Positions 52,591-62,515 of a DNA stretch of 64,000 nt are shown piece after piece. The position numbers were made by a program, and so were the translations under genes. The notes under the pieces are model-generated. The model ran no database searches. It saw only the letters and a list, made by a program, of their open reading frames with translations, and had not been told where the DNA came from. Source of the DNA: an uncultured bacterium (GTDB lineage Bacteria > Zhuqueibacterota > QNDG01 > DTFT01); contig CAVTNR010000008.1 of the NCBI GenBank assembly GCA_963736115.1, positions 128,001 to 192,000 on the forward strand, written 5' to 3'. Every line of letters begins with the position of its first letter. Within the stretch, counting starts at the first letter, position 1.

Positions 52591-53679
52591 ATGACCGTTC
52601 CGAACGATTCGAATCCAGCGCCTGCCTTTCCGTCGCCGGTTTCCAAGCGCGCGGCTGAGGAATTCCGCGCCTCTCTTCCTTCGCTACTCGCCCAGGCTTC
52701 AGCCTGCCTTGAAACGTCCGGTTTTACCGCGGTCGGCAAACCCGGGCCCGCGGAGCGCGGCTTCATGCTGGACCTTCAGGGCTATTTCGGCGAAACGCTC
52801 GCCGCTGTCTGGGAAATGGACCTGGCTGCGGCTTTGCCGGAGGAAATGGAATGGCTCTCGGACGCGCTTGCCGGACGCGGTCTGGGCCCGCGCAGTCTTC
52901 AGGTCTTGTGCAGGGCCTGGATCGCCGCCATGCACGGAGCGCTGGGCATCGCCGCACTGAAGGAGACGGTACCCTGGCTCGAGTGGATTTCCGCGTCCGC
53001 GGACCGTTTCCGCCTGTCTTCCGCTTCCGCTGCACCAGCCTCCCCGGATCCTGAAACAGAGGCTTTCCTGAAAAGCCTGATCGCGAACCGCACGGAAGAG
53101 GCGGTCGAAGCGGCGGTCCGCCACAGCCGGAAACACGGCGTCGAATCCTGCCTGGAGAAACTCTTTCTGTCCGGCCTGCGGGAGATCGGCCGGGCCTGGG
53201 CCGGCAACCGGTTCACGGTCGCGGATGAGCATCTCGCCACGGTCAATCTCATCCGGGCCGCATTCCGTTTTTTTTCAAGCCTGAAGCCGGAGACAGGCCG
53301 CGGAAGGAGCGTGGCTGTTTCCTCTGCGCCGGGCGACGCGCATTCCGTCTCCGGGGAGCTCCTGTCACTCTACCTCGAACACAGGGGATGGACGGTGCTG
53401 TTCTTCGGAAACAGTATGCCCGAATCCGACCTGGTCCGGGCAATTGTCGAAGCCGACCCGTCCGCCGCCGTGATCACCGCCTCCATGCTGGCCCGACTGC
53501 CGGCACTGCGCCGCGTCGCGGCCGCGCTCCGCAAACAGAAGCCCGGCCTGCGCGTTCTCGCGACCGCGCCCCGCAAGGCCGCCCGTCCGGCGGTTCAGGC
53601 CTTTTGCGACGGGGTGTTCGGCTCCTTTGAAGAATGCCACGCGCTCCTCAGCGGAAAGGGTGGCGGCCATGCGGCGTGA
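52591..53679 (+). CDS. cobalamin-binding domain protein (helical N-domain + B12 cap + Rossmann), no HTH
   Basis: WAGNRFTVADEH (Wx9EH); APGDAH; GWTVLFFG. Confidence 0.8.
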   Translation: MTVPNDSNPAPAFPSPVSKRAAEEFRASLPSLLAQASACLETSGFTAVGKPGPAERGFMLDLQGYFGETLAAVWEMDLAAALPEEMEWLSDALAGRGLGPRSLQVLCRAWIAAMHGALGIAALKETVPWLEWISASADRFRLSSASAAPASPDPETEAFLKSLIANRTEEAVEAAVRHSRKHGVESCLEKLFLSGLREIGRAWAGNRFTVADEHLATVNLIRAAFRFFSSLKPETGRGRSVAVSSAPGDAHSVSGELLSLYLEHRGWTVLFFGNSMPESDLVRAIVEADPSAAVITASMLARLPALRRVAAALRKQKPGLRVLATAPRKAARPAVQAFCDGVFGSFEECHALLSGKGGGHAA

Positions 53680-54793
53680 GTCCGCGGCGTTCAAGATGCT
53701 GTTTCACGACCGGGCCTCTGCCCTCGGGTCCATCGCCGGAGTCGTGGCCATTGTCTTTCTCGTGGGCCAGCAGCTGACCATTTTTTTCGGGCTCCTGAGC
53801 TATATGTCCGGCCTGGCCGACCGGAGCGGAGCGGACATCTGGGTGCTTGCCGGGAAGGCCGACAACGTGAACTCATCCGCCTCGATTCCCATGGCCTACC
53901 GGGACCGCGCGGCAGGCGTCAGCGGCGTGGCCTCGGTGTCGGCTCTGGTTCTCGCGGCCGGTTCCCTGAAAAGAACGGACGGTAATTCGCAGGCCGTGCA
54001 GGTGGTCGGCCTGGAAAGGCCGGCCATGACGGGCGGGCCGAACCGGTTCGACGTCGGGTCGGTGAACGACCTTCTCGACGGCGAGGCCGTCAGCGTGGAC
54101 AGGCTCGACCTGCCCCTGCTGGGAAACCCTGAAATCGGTACCGTTCTGACCATCAACGGAAAGCGCGTCCGGGTCGCGGCCATTACCATGGGACAGCAGG
54201 GTTTCGCCGGCACTTTGGTGTATGCCAATTCGGAGAAAGCGCGGGAAATCGCCGGCCTTCCGCAGGACCGGTGCACCGGCCTGCTGGTGAACGCCCGCCC
54301 CGGCCTGTCCGCCGCCTCCCTGGTTCCGGCCCTGCGGCAGTCTCTGCCCCGCACCGAGGTGTTCCTCACCCGCGAGTTGTCGCTCATGAGCCGGCTGTAC
54401 TACCTGCGCAACACGGGCATCGGCACGAGCTTTCTGTTCTCGACCCTCATCGGCGCCCTGGTCGGGCTGGTCATCATCACGCTCACCATGTACACAAACG
54501 TCCTGAACAAGAGCCGCGATTACGCCATGCTGAGGGCGCTGGGCGGACGCCGCAGGGACGTGCTGTATATCGTCTTCATTCAGTCGCTGTACATCGCGGC
54601 CATCGGCATTCTGGCCGGGTTCACGCTCCTGGCCCTGTTCCTGACCGGCACCGCGGACACGGCCCTGCCCTCGAAACTGCCCTGGCAGGCGCCGGCGGTT
54701 CACGCGGCCGCCACTCTGGCCTTATGCATGCTGGGGTCCCTGATCGCCATGCGCCGCGCTGTAGCCATCGATCCGGCCAGCGCTTTCCGGTGA
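53669..54793 (+). CDS. ABC exporter permease (DevC/MacB-FtsX type)
   Basis: ADIWV periplasmic domain; DYAMLRALG; terminal IDPASAFR. Confidence 0.88.
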   Translation: MRRESAAFKMLFHDRASALGSIAGVVAIVFLVGQQLTIFFGLLSYMSGLADRSGADIWVLAGKADNVNSSASIPMAYRDRAAGVSGVASVSALVLAAGSLKRTDGNSQAVQVVGLERPAMTGGPNRFDVGSVNDLLDGEAVSVDRLDLPLLGNPEIGTVLTINGKRVRVAAITMGQQGFAGTLVYANSEKAREIAGLPQDRCTGLLVNARPGLSAASLVPALRQSLPRTEVFLTRELSLMSRLYYLRNTGIGTSFLFSTLIGALVGLVIITLTMYTNVLNKSRDYAMLRALGGRRRDVLYIVFIQSLYIAAIGILAGFTLLALFLTGTADTALPSKLPWQAPAVHAAATLALCMLGSLIAMRRAVAIDPASAFR

Positions 54794-54801
54794 GGCGGCC
54801 G

Positions 54802-55515
54802 ATGGCGAACCAGAAAAGCGGCCGGACCCCGGCCCCGGTGATCCGGCTCGAAGCCGCGGCCCGCGATTTTTTCGACGGCCGGCAGACCCGCCGCGTCCTG
54901 CACCCGACCGACATCGCGTTCCGGACGGGATCTCTCGCCGTCCTCTCCGGACCGTCCGGAAGCGGCAAGACGACCCTGCTGACGATCATGGCCCTGATTC
55001 TCGCGCCCTCGGCCGGCAGGGTCTTCGTGAGGGACCGGGACGTCACGCAGGCGACCGAGGACGGACGCGCCACGCTCCGCATGCGGCATTTCGGGTTCGT
55101 GTTCCAGAACGCGGCGCTCATCCCGGCGCTCTCCGTGACCGAGAACGTGCTCATCGCGTCAACCATTCAGGGCGGCCGCGCTCCCGCCGCCGCGGTCCGG
55201 CGGGCGGAAACGTCGATTGAACGGCTGGGGCTCGCCGAATTCTCGCACATGAAGGTCGAGAAGCTTTCGGGCGGGCAGAAACAGCGCGTCGCCATCGCGC
55301 GGGCGCTCGTCAACGACCCAGAGGTCATTCTGTGCGACGAGCCGACTTCGGCGCTCGACGTCGAAAGCAGCGCCGTCGTGCTGAAGACGCTCCAGGACCT
55401 CAGCCGCGAGAACCGTTCCGTGGTGCTGGTCACGCACGATCCCCGGGTGTTCCCGTACGCGGACCGGCTGATTCAGATGGAAGACGGCCGCGTGATCACC
55501 GACACCGACCCCTGA
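54802..55515 (+). CDS. ABC exporter ATPase (DevA/LolD type)
   Basis: GPSGSGKT; LSGGQKQR; DEPT; VTHD. Confidence 0.93.
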   Translation: MANQKSGRTPAPVIRLEAAARDFFDGRQTRRVLHPTDIAFRTGSLAVLSGPSGSGKTTLLTIMALILAPSAGRVFVRDRDVTQATEDGRATLRMRHFGFVFQNAALIPALSVTENVLIASTIQGGRAPAAAVRRAETSIERLGLAEFSHMKVEKLSGGQKQRVAIARALVNDPEVILCDEPTSALDVESSAVVLKTLQDLSRENRSVVLVTHDPRVFPYADRLIQMEDGRVITDTDP

Positions 55516-55538
55516 ACCGAAGGCGGAGAGAAACTTAA

Positions 55539-56399
55539 ATGAAGCCGAAAATCAGAAACGCGGCGGTCGCCGCGGCCGTCATCCTGCTCGTCATTTTCAT
55601 CGTGACCAGCCTGCGGCGCGCGTCCAGCCGGCCGGCTCCCGCGCCTCCGGCCGGATTGGACAGCGCAGCGGCCGCGTTTTACGGCAGGGTGGAGCCCGAG
55701 GGCAAGGCCGCGGCCGTGAGCCCGGCCGTTCCGGGGCGCGTGAAGTCCGTTCTCGTCAAAGAGGGCGGCCGCGTCCGGCCCGGACAGACGCTGGTCCTGC
55801 TTGAAGCCGCGGAGCAGGAGGCCGAATGGAAAGCCGCGCTCGGTCGGGCGGCCGCGGCCCGCAAGTCCGCCGAACTCAGCCGCGACCAGCGCGTCCGCGC
55901 CGAGGCCCTGAGCCGCGGCGGAGGCATCTCGGAGGCCGAGGTCGTGCGACTGCGCCTCGCCAGCGAACTGGACGAGGAAGTTGTGACCGTGGCCGTCCGG
56001 GAGGCCGAGTTGGCCCGAGAGCGGCTGGAGAACCGCACGGTCCGCGCCCCCTTGGCCGGAATCGTTTACAAGGCCGATCTGAGGCCGGGGGAGTATTTCG
56101 GGAGCGGCGGGGGAGAGATTCTGATCGGATCGGAGCGTCTCGAGTTGAGATGCGACGTGGAAGTGTTCTGGATCGGCAGACTCGATCCGGCGACAGAGTA
56201 CCGTGTGTTCAATGCGGAATCGGGCGAGCCGGTCGGCAGGGCCAGGCTCGTGTCCGTGTCGCGCTACCTGCGGCCCAAGGAGACGCGCACCGAGGATACG
56301 GGCGAGCGGCTCTCGGCCGATTATCAGGAGGCGGTTCTATCCTTCGAACCGGATCGTCCGGGCATTCCCATTGGTCTGCCTGTGCTGGTGAAGCCTTAG
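55539..56399 (+). CDS. periplasmic adaptor (membrane fusion) protein
   Basis: N-terminal TM; GRVKSVLVKEG; helical hairpin; VRAPLAG. Confidence 0.85.
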   Translation: MKPKIRNAAVAAAVILLVIFIVTSLRRASSRPAPAPPAGLDSAAAAFYGRVEPEGKAAAVSPAVPGRVKSVLVKEGGRVRPGQTLVLLEAAEQEAEWKAALGRAAAARKSAELSRDQRVRAEALSRGGGISEAEVVRLRLASELDEEVVTVAVREAELARERLENRTVRAPLAGIVYKADLRPGEYFGSGGGEILIGSERLELRCDVEVFWIGRLDPATEYRVFNAESGEPVGRARLVSVSRYLRPKETRTEDTGERLSADYQEAVLSFEPDRPGIPIGLPVLVKP

Positions 56400-56512
56400 A
56401 TCGAAGCGAAGGGTTTCTCCCTTTCAGAGTGATGATTCCGCAGGGGCGCCGCGCCGCGTCGCCCGTGTTCTTTGGAGTGCGGTGACTGTTTCGCTGCTTT
56501 TAAATAGAATAT

Positions 56513-56541
56513 TTGACATTCCCCCTCCAAATCATTAAATT
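56513..56541 (+). promoter_or_regulatory. sigma70-type promoter
   Basis: TTGACA-N17-TAAATT; LacI-like TTAACGTTTAA downstream near 56588-56598. Confidence 0.6.
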
Positions 56542-56640
56542 GCATATATTAGTGTGATTGGGGAGGGCTTATTTTTTATAGGGTTAGTTAACGTTTAAGT
56601 CACCAATGACTTAAAATCCAAGTACAAATTAAGGTAAAAA

Positions 56641-57654
56641 ATGCGAAAATCATCCAACATCACGCAGGCGCAGATCGCCAAAATGCTGAACATCTCCACG
56701 GTCACGGTTTCCAAGGCCCTGCGCAACCATCCCGACATTTCATCCGAAACCATACACCGCGTCAAGAAGCTGGCCGACGAGATCGGATACACGCCCGATC
56801 TCATCGCTCGCGCCCTCTCCTCGCGCCGCTCGAACATCATCGGCGTGGTCGTCCCCGAAATCGACCATACCTTCTTCTCGGCCGTGACCAAGGGCATTTA
56901 CTCCGCGACCAAGGACCAGCAGTTCCAGGTTCTGCTCACGGTCTCGCACGAGGACGAGCAGCGGGAGGTCGAGAACCTGCACACGCTGGTCGCGATGCGC
57001 GTCGACGGCATTCTCATTTCCATCTCCGAGACAACGCAGAATCACAACGTGTTCAAGATGATCCGGCGCAAGGGCGTTCCGCTGGTGTTCTTCGACCGCT
57101 ACATCCACGATCCGGACTTCACGCGCGTGATCGTCGACGACCGCAAGGGCGCGTCCGACGCGGTGGCGCATCTCGTGTCAAAGGGCCGCCGGACGATCGC
57201 GCATCTCGGCGGCACGCCGCAGGTGTCGGTGTCCATCGAGAGGCTCGCGGGGTACAGGGAAGGCCTCGAGGCCGCGGGCATTGCGTTCGACGAGAAGTGG
57301 GTCGTACCGTGCGGGTTTTCGGAGGAGGAAGGATACAAGGGATTCATGGAGCTGTATAAAAACGCGGGAAGGCCGGACGCGGTGTTCGCGGTGAACGACC
57401 CGGTGGCGATCGGCGTGTACGACGCCGCGCGCGAACTCGGTCTTCGCATCCCGCAGGATCTCGGTGTGGTCGGATTCTCGGACCTCACCATGGCGCGGTT
57501 CATGTCGCCGCCGCTGACCACGGTTCATCAGCCCGCGCTCGACCTCGGCAAGGAAGCCGTCCGCGCTCTGCTGGAGGCAATTCAGAAACCCGACTCCTAC
57601 GTCCCCCGCGAAATCGTAATGCCCACGAGGCTGGTGGTGAGGGAGTCGGGGTGA
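56641..57654 (+). CDS. LacI-family transcriptional regulator
   Basis: QIAKMLNISTVTVSKAL HTH; IPQDLGVVGF; PPLTTV; LVVRES. Confidence 0.95.
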   Translation: MRKSSNITQAQIAKMLNISTVTVSKALRNHPDISSETIHRVKKLADEIGYTPDLIARALSSRRSNIIGVVVPEIDHTFFSAVTKGIYSATKDQQFQVLLTVSHEDEQREVENLHTLVAMRVDGILISISETTQNHNVFKMIRRKGVPLVFFDRYIHDPDFTRVIVDDRKGASDAVAHLVSKGRRTIAHLGGTPQVSVSIERLAGYREGLEAAGIAFDEKWVVPCGFSEEEGYKGFMELYKNAGRPDAVFAVNDPVAIGVYDAARELGLRIPQDLGVVGFSDLTMARFMSPPLTTVHQPALDLGKEAVRALLEAIQKPDSYVPREIVMPTRLVVRESG

Positions 57655-57806
57655 GGGGGGAAGTCAATATCCCAAAAAAATATAAATCAATCGAAGATTT
57701 TAATTATCGAACACAATGATGGTACCTATACTTTTTGAATAATTTCATATTCCAAGAAAGATAAATTAATATTATATTAATATACTACATAATAATTAAA
57801 AATCTC

Positions 57807-57835
57807 TTGACAATGAAAATTTAATTTCATAAGAT
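57807..57835 (+). promoter_or_regulatory. sigma70-type promoter in the AT-rich islet
   Basis: TTGACA-N17-TAAGAT. Confidence 0.55.
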
Positions 57836-58049
57836 AAAGCACAATTAAGAGAAACTAGAATTTTCCCTCTTTTTTGTCCCGCTCATCTCGCACCCTCATC
57901 CTGGTTTACATTTCAGTATAGTGAATTTAGGTAATTATTATGGCTTTTATTGTTGGGATACCACCATAAATAAGTAGTGATTACTTATTTATTTTTTAAA
58001 AAATAATTAACTAGAAGATCTTTAAAATACCATGTTTTGGGAGGGACAA

Positions 58050-58637
58050 ATGAAAAGCAATATCGTCATATTAATAACCTCTTTTTTCATCTTTCTGAGC
58101 TGTTCGAAATACGGGGAAAATAATATTACAAAATGGACTGATGTTAGTGCAAAATCACAAGAGATTTATGAATTAGAAATGATAAGAGATTTTGTCTATA
58201 ATAGGATTTCAGATTATAATATAAGCAGGAAGGATTTTCTTAAGGCAATATTGTTAAATGATGTAAGTAATACGGCAAATTTATTGCGGTGTTCTATTGC
58301 AGAAATAGAAGATTTAAACAATAAATTATCTGAAACAGTTAATGTTCTAAAAGATGATTGTTATTCGAGATTCAATATAAAAAGTAACAATAATTTAGAA
58401 TTTTTTATTGGCAATTATGACAACATTCAGCCAAAGCTAAAACAATTCTCTGGAGTTATCAATAAAAGTCAACAACGCGTAGGATGTAAGTATGGTCAAT
58501 ATACAACATGTTTAATGCTTGCTGGTTATGGGGCGGCTGCCACAGGAGGGGCGGCATTACTCGTATATGCTGGAGGATCATATTTATGCTTGTGTAGTTA
58601 TTGTAGCGGTGGGTGGGTCAACTGGGCTTGTTTTTAA
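58050..58637 (+). CDS. lipoprotein with C-terminal Cys-rich, Gly/Ala-rich bacteriocin-like domain
   Basis: GGAGG RBS; lipobox FLSC (C18); last ~50 aa hold 6 Cys and GYGAAATGGAALLVYAGG. Confidence 0.7.
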   Translation: MKSNIVILITSFFIFLSCSKYGENNITKWTDVSAKSQEIYELEMIRDFVYNRISDYNISRKDFLKAILLNDVSNTANLLRCSIAEIEDLNNKLSETVNVLKDDCYSRFNIKSNNNLEFFIGNYDNIQPKLKQFSGVINKSQQRVGCKYGQYTTCLMLAGYGAAATGGAALLVYAGGSYLCLCSYCSGGWVNWACF

Positions 58638-58654
58638 ATATACGAGTTTAAAAT

Positions 58655-58897
58655 ATGAATACAATTAACAATTATATCCCGATAATATTAATATTTGTTG
58701 TGTATTTATTTATACGTTTTATAAAAAATCGGCTTTTAAATTGGATTATAATAAATATTGTCGCTATCACCTATATTATATTGGGAATTAGCGACAGAAG
58801 TAGTTCGTTAAATATCTATAAAATAGATCTTTTTATATACTTAATGATGATATTCATGGCTATTAGATTGAAAAATCGCCACAGTAAAATCAACTAA
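58655..58897 (+). CDS. small hydrophobic membrane protein (immunity-like)
   Basis: 80 aa, three hydrophobic stretches, basic; 17 bp after the lipoprotein gene. Confidence 0.6.
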   Translation: MNTINNYIPIILIFVVYLFIRFIKNRLLNWIIINIVAITYIILGISDRSSSLNIYKIDLFIYLMMIFMAIRLKNRHSKIN

Positions 58898-58905
58898 TAT
58901 GTATC

Positions 58906-58951
58906 ATTCGATCGAATCCGGTATATGTATTATATTGCCGGATTCGATCGA
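58906..58951. terminator. hairpin at the islet boundary between convergent genes
   Basis: TTCGATCGAATCCGG...CCGGATTCGATCGAA 15-bp perfect stem. Confidence 0.6.
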
Positions 58952-58978
58952 ACCATTATAATTAAATCCCGCGAACTT

Positions 58979-60139
58979 TTATTTATTTCCCAGCACTTCC
59001 CCCAGCTTCTCCGCGACGAAGTCGAGATCTTCCGTCGGGATGGTAAGTGGCGGGAGGAGGCGGATCACAGTCATGCCAGAGGGGAGCGTCAGCACGCCCT
59101 TTTCCGTCAGTGCCTGGATGAACGGTTTCGCCTTTTCCTTCAGTTCGATGCCGATCATCAGCCCGAGGCCGCGGACCTCCCGGATCAGACCGGAACGGAT
59201 GGCATTCAGCTTCTCCATCATATAGGCGCCCTTGGACGCGGCCTGCTCGTCGAGCCGCTCGCGCTTCATGAAGTCGATGGCCGCGTTCGCGGCCGCGCAG
59301 GCAAGCGGGTTGGCGCCGAATGTGGTGCCGTGCCGTCCCACGGGCGACTGAATCTTCTCAGAGCACAGCACCGCGCCCATGGGCACACCCCCGGCAATGG
59401 CCTTGGCGACGACCATCATATCGGGCAGCACGCCGAAATGCCCGCAGGCGAACCACTTGCCCGTGCGGCAGAATCCCGACTGAATCTCGTCCATGATCAG
59501 CAGGATGCCGCGCTCGTCGCAGAGGGCCCGGATCCGTTCAAAATATTCCTTTTTCCCGATATGGATGCCGCCTTCGCCCTGCACCGGCTCGAGCAGGACC
59601 GCGGCGGTTTTTTCGTTCACCTGGGCCAGGAGCGCCTCGAAATCATTGTACGGCACGTGGCGGAACCCGGGAACCAGGGGCTCGAAATCCTCCTTGTATT
59701 TCGGGTTGTGCGTCGCGGAGAGCGCCCCGAACGTGCGGCCGTGGAAGCTCCGCATGGCGCAGATGAACTCCGTTTTCTTTGTCGTGAAACGCGCGAACTT
59801 GAGCGCCGCCTCGACGGCTTCAGCGCCGGAATTGCAGAGAAAGGAGCGGTTCAGCCCAGAGGGCGCGACGGACGCGAGCTTCTCGAAGAGCCGGGCGCGC
59901 TGGTCGTTGTAGAAAATGCCCGAGCAGGTGATCAGCGTCTTCGCCTGGCTGGCCAGGGCAGCGGCCACGTCCGGGTTCGCGTGCCCCACGCTGGCCACGC
60001 CGTGGCCCGCGATGCAGTCCACATAGACGTTCCCCTGGTCGTCCCACAGACGGGCGTTCTCCCCGCGGACGATGCAGACGTCCCGCTTGGTGAACACGTC
60101 GAATTCATAGCGCCGTTCCAGATCGATCGATTCGCTCAT
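58979..60139 (-). CDS. lysJ: class III aminotransferase, LysJ/ArgD type
   Basis: NSGAEAVE; FHGRT; EPVQGEGG; DEIQSG; AKAIAGG; HGTTFG; follows lysZ. Confidence 0.82.
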   Translation of the reverse strand: MSESIDLERRYEFDVFTKRDVCIVRGENARLWDDQGNVYVDCIAGHGVASVGHANPDVAAALASQAKTLITCSGIFYNDQRARLFEKLASVAPSGLNRSFLCNSGAEAVEAALKFARFTTKKTEFICAMRSFHGRTFGALSATHNPKYKEDFEPLVPGFRHVPYNDFEALLAQVNEKTAAVLLEPVQGEGGIHIGKKEYFERIRALCDERGILLIMDEIQSGFCRTGKWFACGHFGVLPDMMVVAKAIAGGVPMGAVLCSEKIQSPVGRHGTTFGANPLACAAANAAIDFMKRERLDEQAASKGAYMMEKLNAIRSGLIREVRGLGLMIGIELKEKAKPFIQALTEKGVLTLPSGMTVIRLLPPLTIPTEDLDFVAEKLGEVLGNK

Positions 60140-60927
60140 CTGATCAGAGTCCCTTTCCCTTCAAGCGCGTCCGACACCGGGTTTTCCGCCCGGCCGTCCG
60201 CGATATGCACGCACGCCGCCCCGGCATCGAACAGGTTCCGCAGGGCGAGCATTTTACGTTTCATCCGTCCCTCCACCTGGGCCTCGCGGCCGGCCAGATC
60301 GGCTTTCTCGATCACCGGGACGAGGGAGGCGGGGTCGTTTTTATCCTCGAGGAATCCAGGCGCCTCGATGAACTGGAATATCCGTTCCGGCCGGAAGGCG
60401 CCTGCGAGAACGGTGAGGATGTCGTCGTTCTCGGAATTGATCGCGAAGCCGTTCTCGTCCGCGATGGGAACGCAGAGCACGGGCGTGTACCCGTGGTCGA
60501 GGAGGAGGCGGAGAAGGCCCTCGTTGACGGACTGCGGCTTGCCCGAGAGATCCCGGCGCATCAGGGTTTTGCCGCCTTCGCGCACGCGGATGCCCGCGTT
60601 CCGCTTTCCCTGCACGGTGCGGCCGTCCAGTCCGGAAAGGCCCACGGCGTTGAGCCCGTACCGCTGGGCCGTCTCGACGATGCGTTTGTTCCGCAGGCCC
60701 GCGTAGGCCATCATCTGCAGATCGATGACGCGTTCATCCGAGAAGACGCTCGAATAACCCGACACCGACGTGACGGTTTCCTTCTCAATGCCCAGGGAGG
60801 CGGCCAGGCGGTCACGGGCGGCGTTCGCGCCGTGCAGAAGAATCACAGGCTCCTTCCGTCCTGCCAGATCCCGGATAATTCCCTCGGCGTTGATGCCGCC
60901 GCCGCCGCCGATCTTCACGATCCACAT
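60136..60927 (-). CDS. lysZ: [LysW]-aminoadipate/glutamate kinase
   Basis: VKIGG; HGAN; TSVSGYSS; GLSGLDG..G.R..IR; GRMKRK - LysZ-like rather than classical ArgB. Confidence 0.82.
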   Translation of the reverse strand: MWIVKIGGGGGINAEGIIRDLAGRKEPVILLHGANAARDRLAASLGIEKETVTSVSGYSSVFSDERVIDLQMMAYAGLRNKRIVETAQRYGLNAVGLSGLDGRTVQGKRNAGIRVREGGKTLMRRDLSGKPQSVNEGLLRLLLDHGYTPVLCVPIADENGFAINSENDDILTVLAGAFRPERIFQFIEAPGFLEDKNDPASLVPVIEKADLAGREAQVEGRMKRKMLALRNLFDAGAACVHIADGRAENPVSDALEGKGTLIR

Positions 60928-61563
60928 TCAGACTTCCCCTATGAAACGGTTGTCCACGGATTCCCATCCCGGTTCGCCCGGAAAAGGTTCGGAGCAGAGC
61001 AGACGGACCCCGTCCGCCGTTTTCCTGCGCAGGGTGAAATAATCCGGGTTCTCGGAGAAGAGGGACGAGGCCCAGGCGCGCTCCCCGTCCAGCCAGACGA
61101 TGTTCATGGCCCGGATGGTGCGGGAGCGTTTCTCGATGACGCCCACCGCGCGGCGAAGGGCCTCGAGCCGGTCGCCATGGTCGAAGCCCCGGATCAGGTT
61201 GTAGATTTTCTCGGCGCCGATGCGGCCCTCGGCGCGGAGCCGCACGCCGTGCAGTTCGCCGTTGAAGGCGAACACACTGCGGCCGTCCGAGAACGGCATG
61301 TTGTTCTCCACGGCGATGCCCTCGTCCCGGAAAGCCGAGCGCGCGTGGCCGAGCAGGCGCGTCGTCGGCGCGAATCGGGAAAGGTCATCCTCCCAGACCG
61401 GCCGGATGTTCCGGTACAGGGCCCAGCCCGATCCGTCCCACGAGGCACAGCCCCATCCGTGGCCCTGGTATTCACGGCTGTTCCGCGAGACTTCAGCGAA
61501 GGACCGGAGATACGGCGCCGGGTCAAAAGGCCGGGCGGAAGTGACGAGCAGAAGTCGGCACAT
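60928..61563 (-). CDS. class II glutamine amidotransferase-like Ntn hydrolase (EgtC/YafJ-like)
   Basis: N-terminal MCRLL; HGWG; HARSA; NNMPF; FNG; SEP; abuts lysZ. Confidence 0.85.
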   Translation of the reverse strand: MCRLLLVTSARPFDPAPYLRSFAEVSRNSREYQGHGWGCASWDGSGWALYRNIRPVWEDDLSRFAPTTRLLGHARSAFRDEGIAVENNMPFSDGRSVFAFNGELHGVRLRAEGRIGAEKIYNLIRGFDHGDRLEALRRAVGVIEKRSRTIRAMNIVWLDGERAWASSLFSENPDYFTLRRKTADGVRLLCSEPFPGEPGWESVDNRFIGEV

Positions 61564-61605
61564 GTTTTTGTCCTGGGATGAAGGGAAACGCGGCCGGCCG
61601 CGGCG

Positions 61606-62385
61606 TCAGAATCGGTTCGGGGCCTGCGGTTTTGTCCGGAAAATCGCGGCCCGGTACAGGCCGAGCCTGTGCAGCAGGTATTTTCCCATGACGCCGACGG
61701 TCTGGATGCCGTATTTCAGGGAGCGGCGGAAATTGATGGAGGAAGCATCGTCCGCGTAACGCGTGGGAATGGGGATGTCGCCGATCCGGAATCCCAGGAC
61801 CACGGCCTGGGCCAGCAGTTCGGTGTCGAATATGAAATCGTCGGAATTGCCCTGATAGGGAACCGCCTCCAGCACGCGGCGGTGATACACCCGGAAACCC
61901 GAATGGAAATCCCCGAGGTTCTGGCCGAGCACCACGTTCTCGAATATGGTGAGGATTCGGTTCGAGAGGTACTTGTACACCGGCATTCCGCCTTCCAGCG
62001 TCTCGCGGCGGGTGCGGACGCGCGATCCGATCACGATGTCGCAGATGCCGGTTTCGATGAATCCGACGGCGAAGGGAATGACCCTCGGATCGTACTGGTA
62101 GTCCGGGTGCACCATGACCACGATGTCGGCCCGGTCCGCGAGCGCGGCGTCATAGCAGGTTTTCTGGTTTCCGCCGTATCCCTTGTTCTTTTCGTGCCGG
62201 ATCACCCGTATGCCGAGCCGTTCGGCCGTGGCCACGGTGCTGTCGCGGCTCGCGTCGTCCACGAGAAGCACGCTGTCCACGCTTCCGGGAGGGATGTCGC
62301 GGAAAGTCTTTTCCACGGTCCGCTCGGCGTTGTACGCCGGCATGACGACCATGACCCTGGATTTGCGGTTGTATTCGTTCTGCAT
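61606..62385 (-). CDS. GT2 glycosyltransferase (DPM1-like)
   Basis: VVMPAYN; VDDAS.D; NKGYGGNQK; HPDYQY; HSGFR; FIFD.E. Confidence 0.92.
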   Translation of the reverse strand: MQNEYNRKSRVMVVMPAYNAERTVEKTFRDIPPGSVDSVLLVDDASRDSTVATAERLGIRVIRHEKNKGYGGNQKTCYDAALADRADIVVMVHPDYQYDPRVIPFAVGFIETGICDIVIGSRVRTRRETLEGGMPVYKYLSNRILTIFENVVLGQNLGDFHSGFRVYHRRVLEAVPYQGNSDDFIFDTELLAQAVVLGFRIGDIPIPTRYADDASSINFRRSLKYGIQTVGVMGKYLLHRLGLYRAAIFRTKPQAPNRF

Positions 62386-62515
62386 AAGCCTATTCCATTT
62401 CGGAGAAAAGTGATAAAATATAAGGTCTGGGAGGCCGATATGCAAGGAAAGTTTGTAAAAATCGGCATTTAGGCGGTGAAGCAGGGAGGACGGGGCGCGT
62501 TCAACGGAACCGCGT

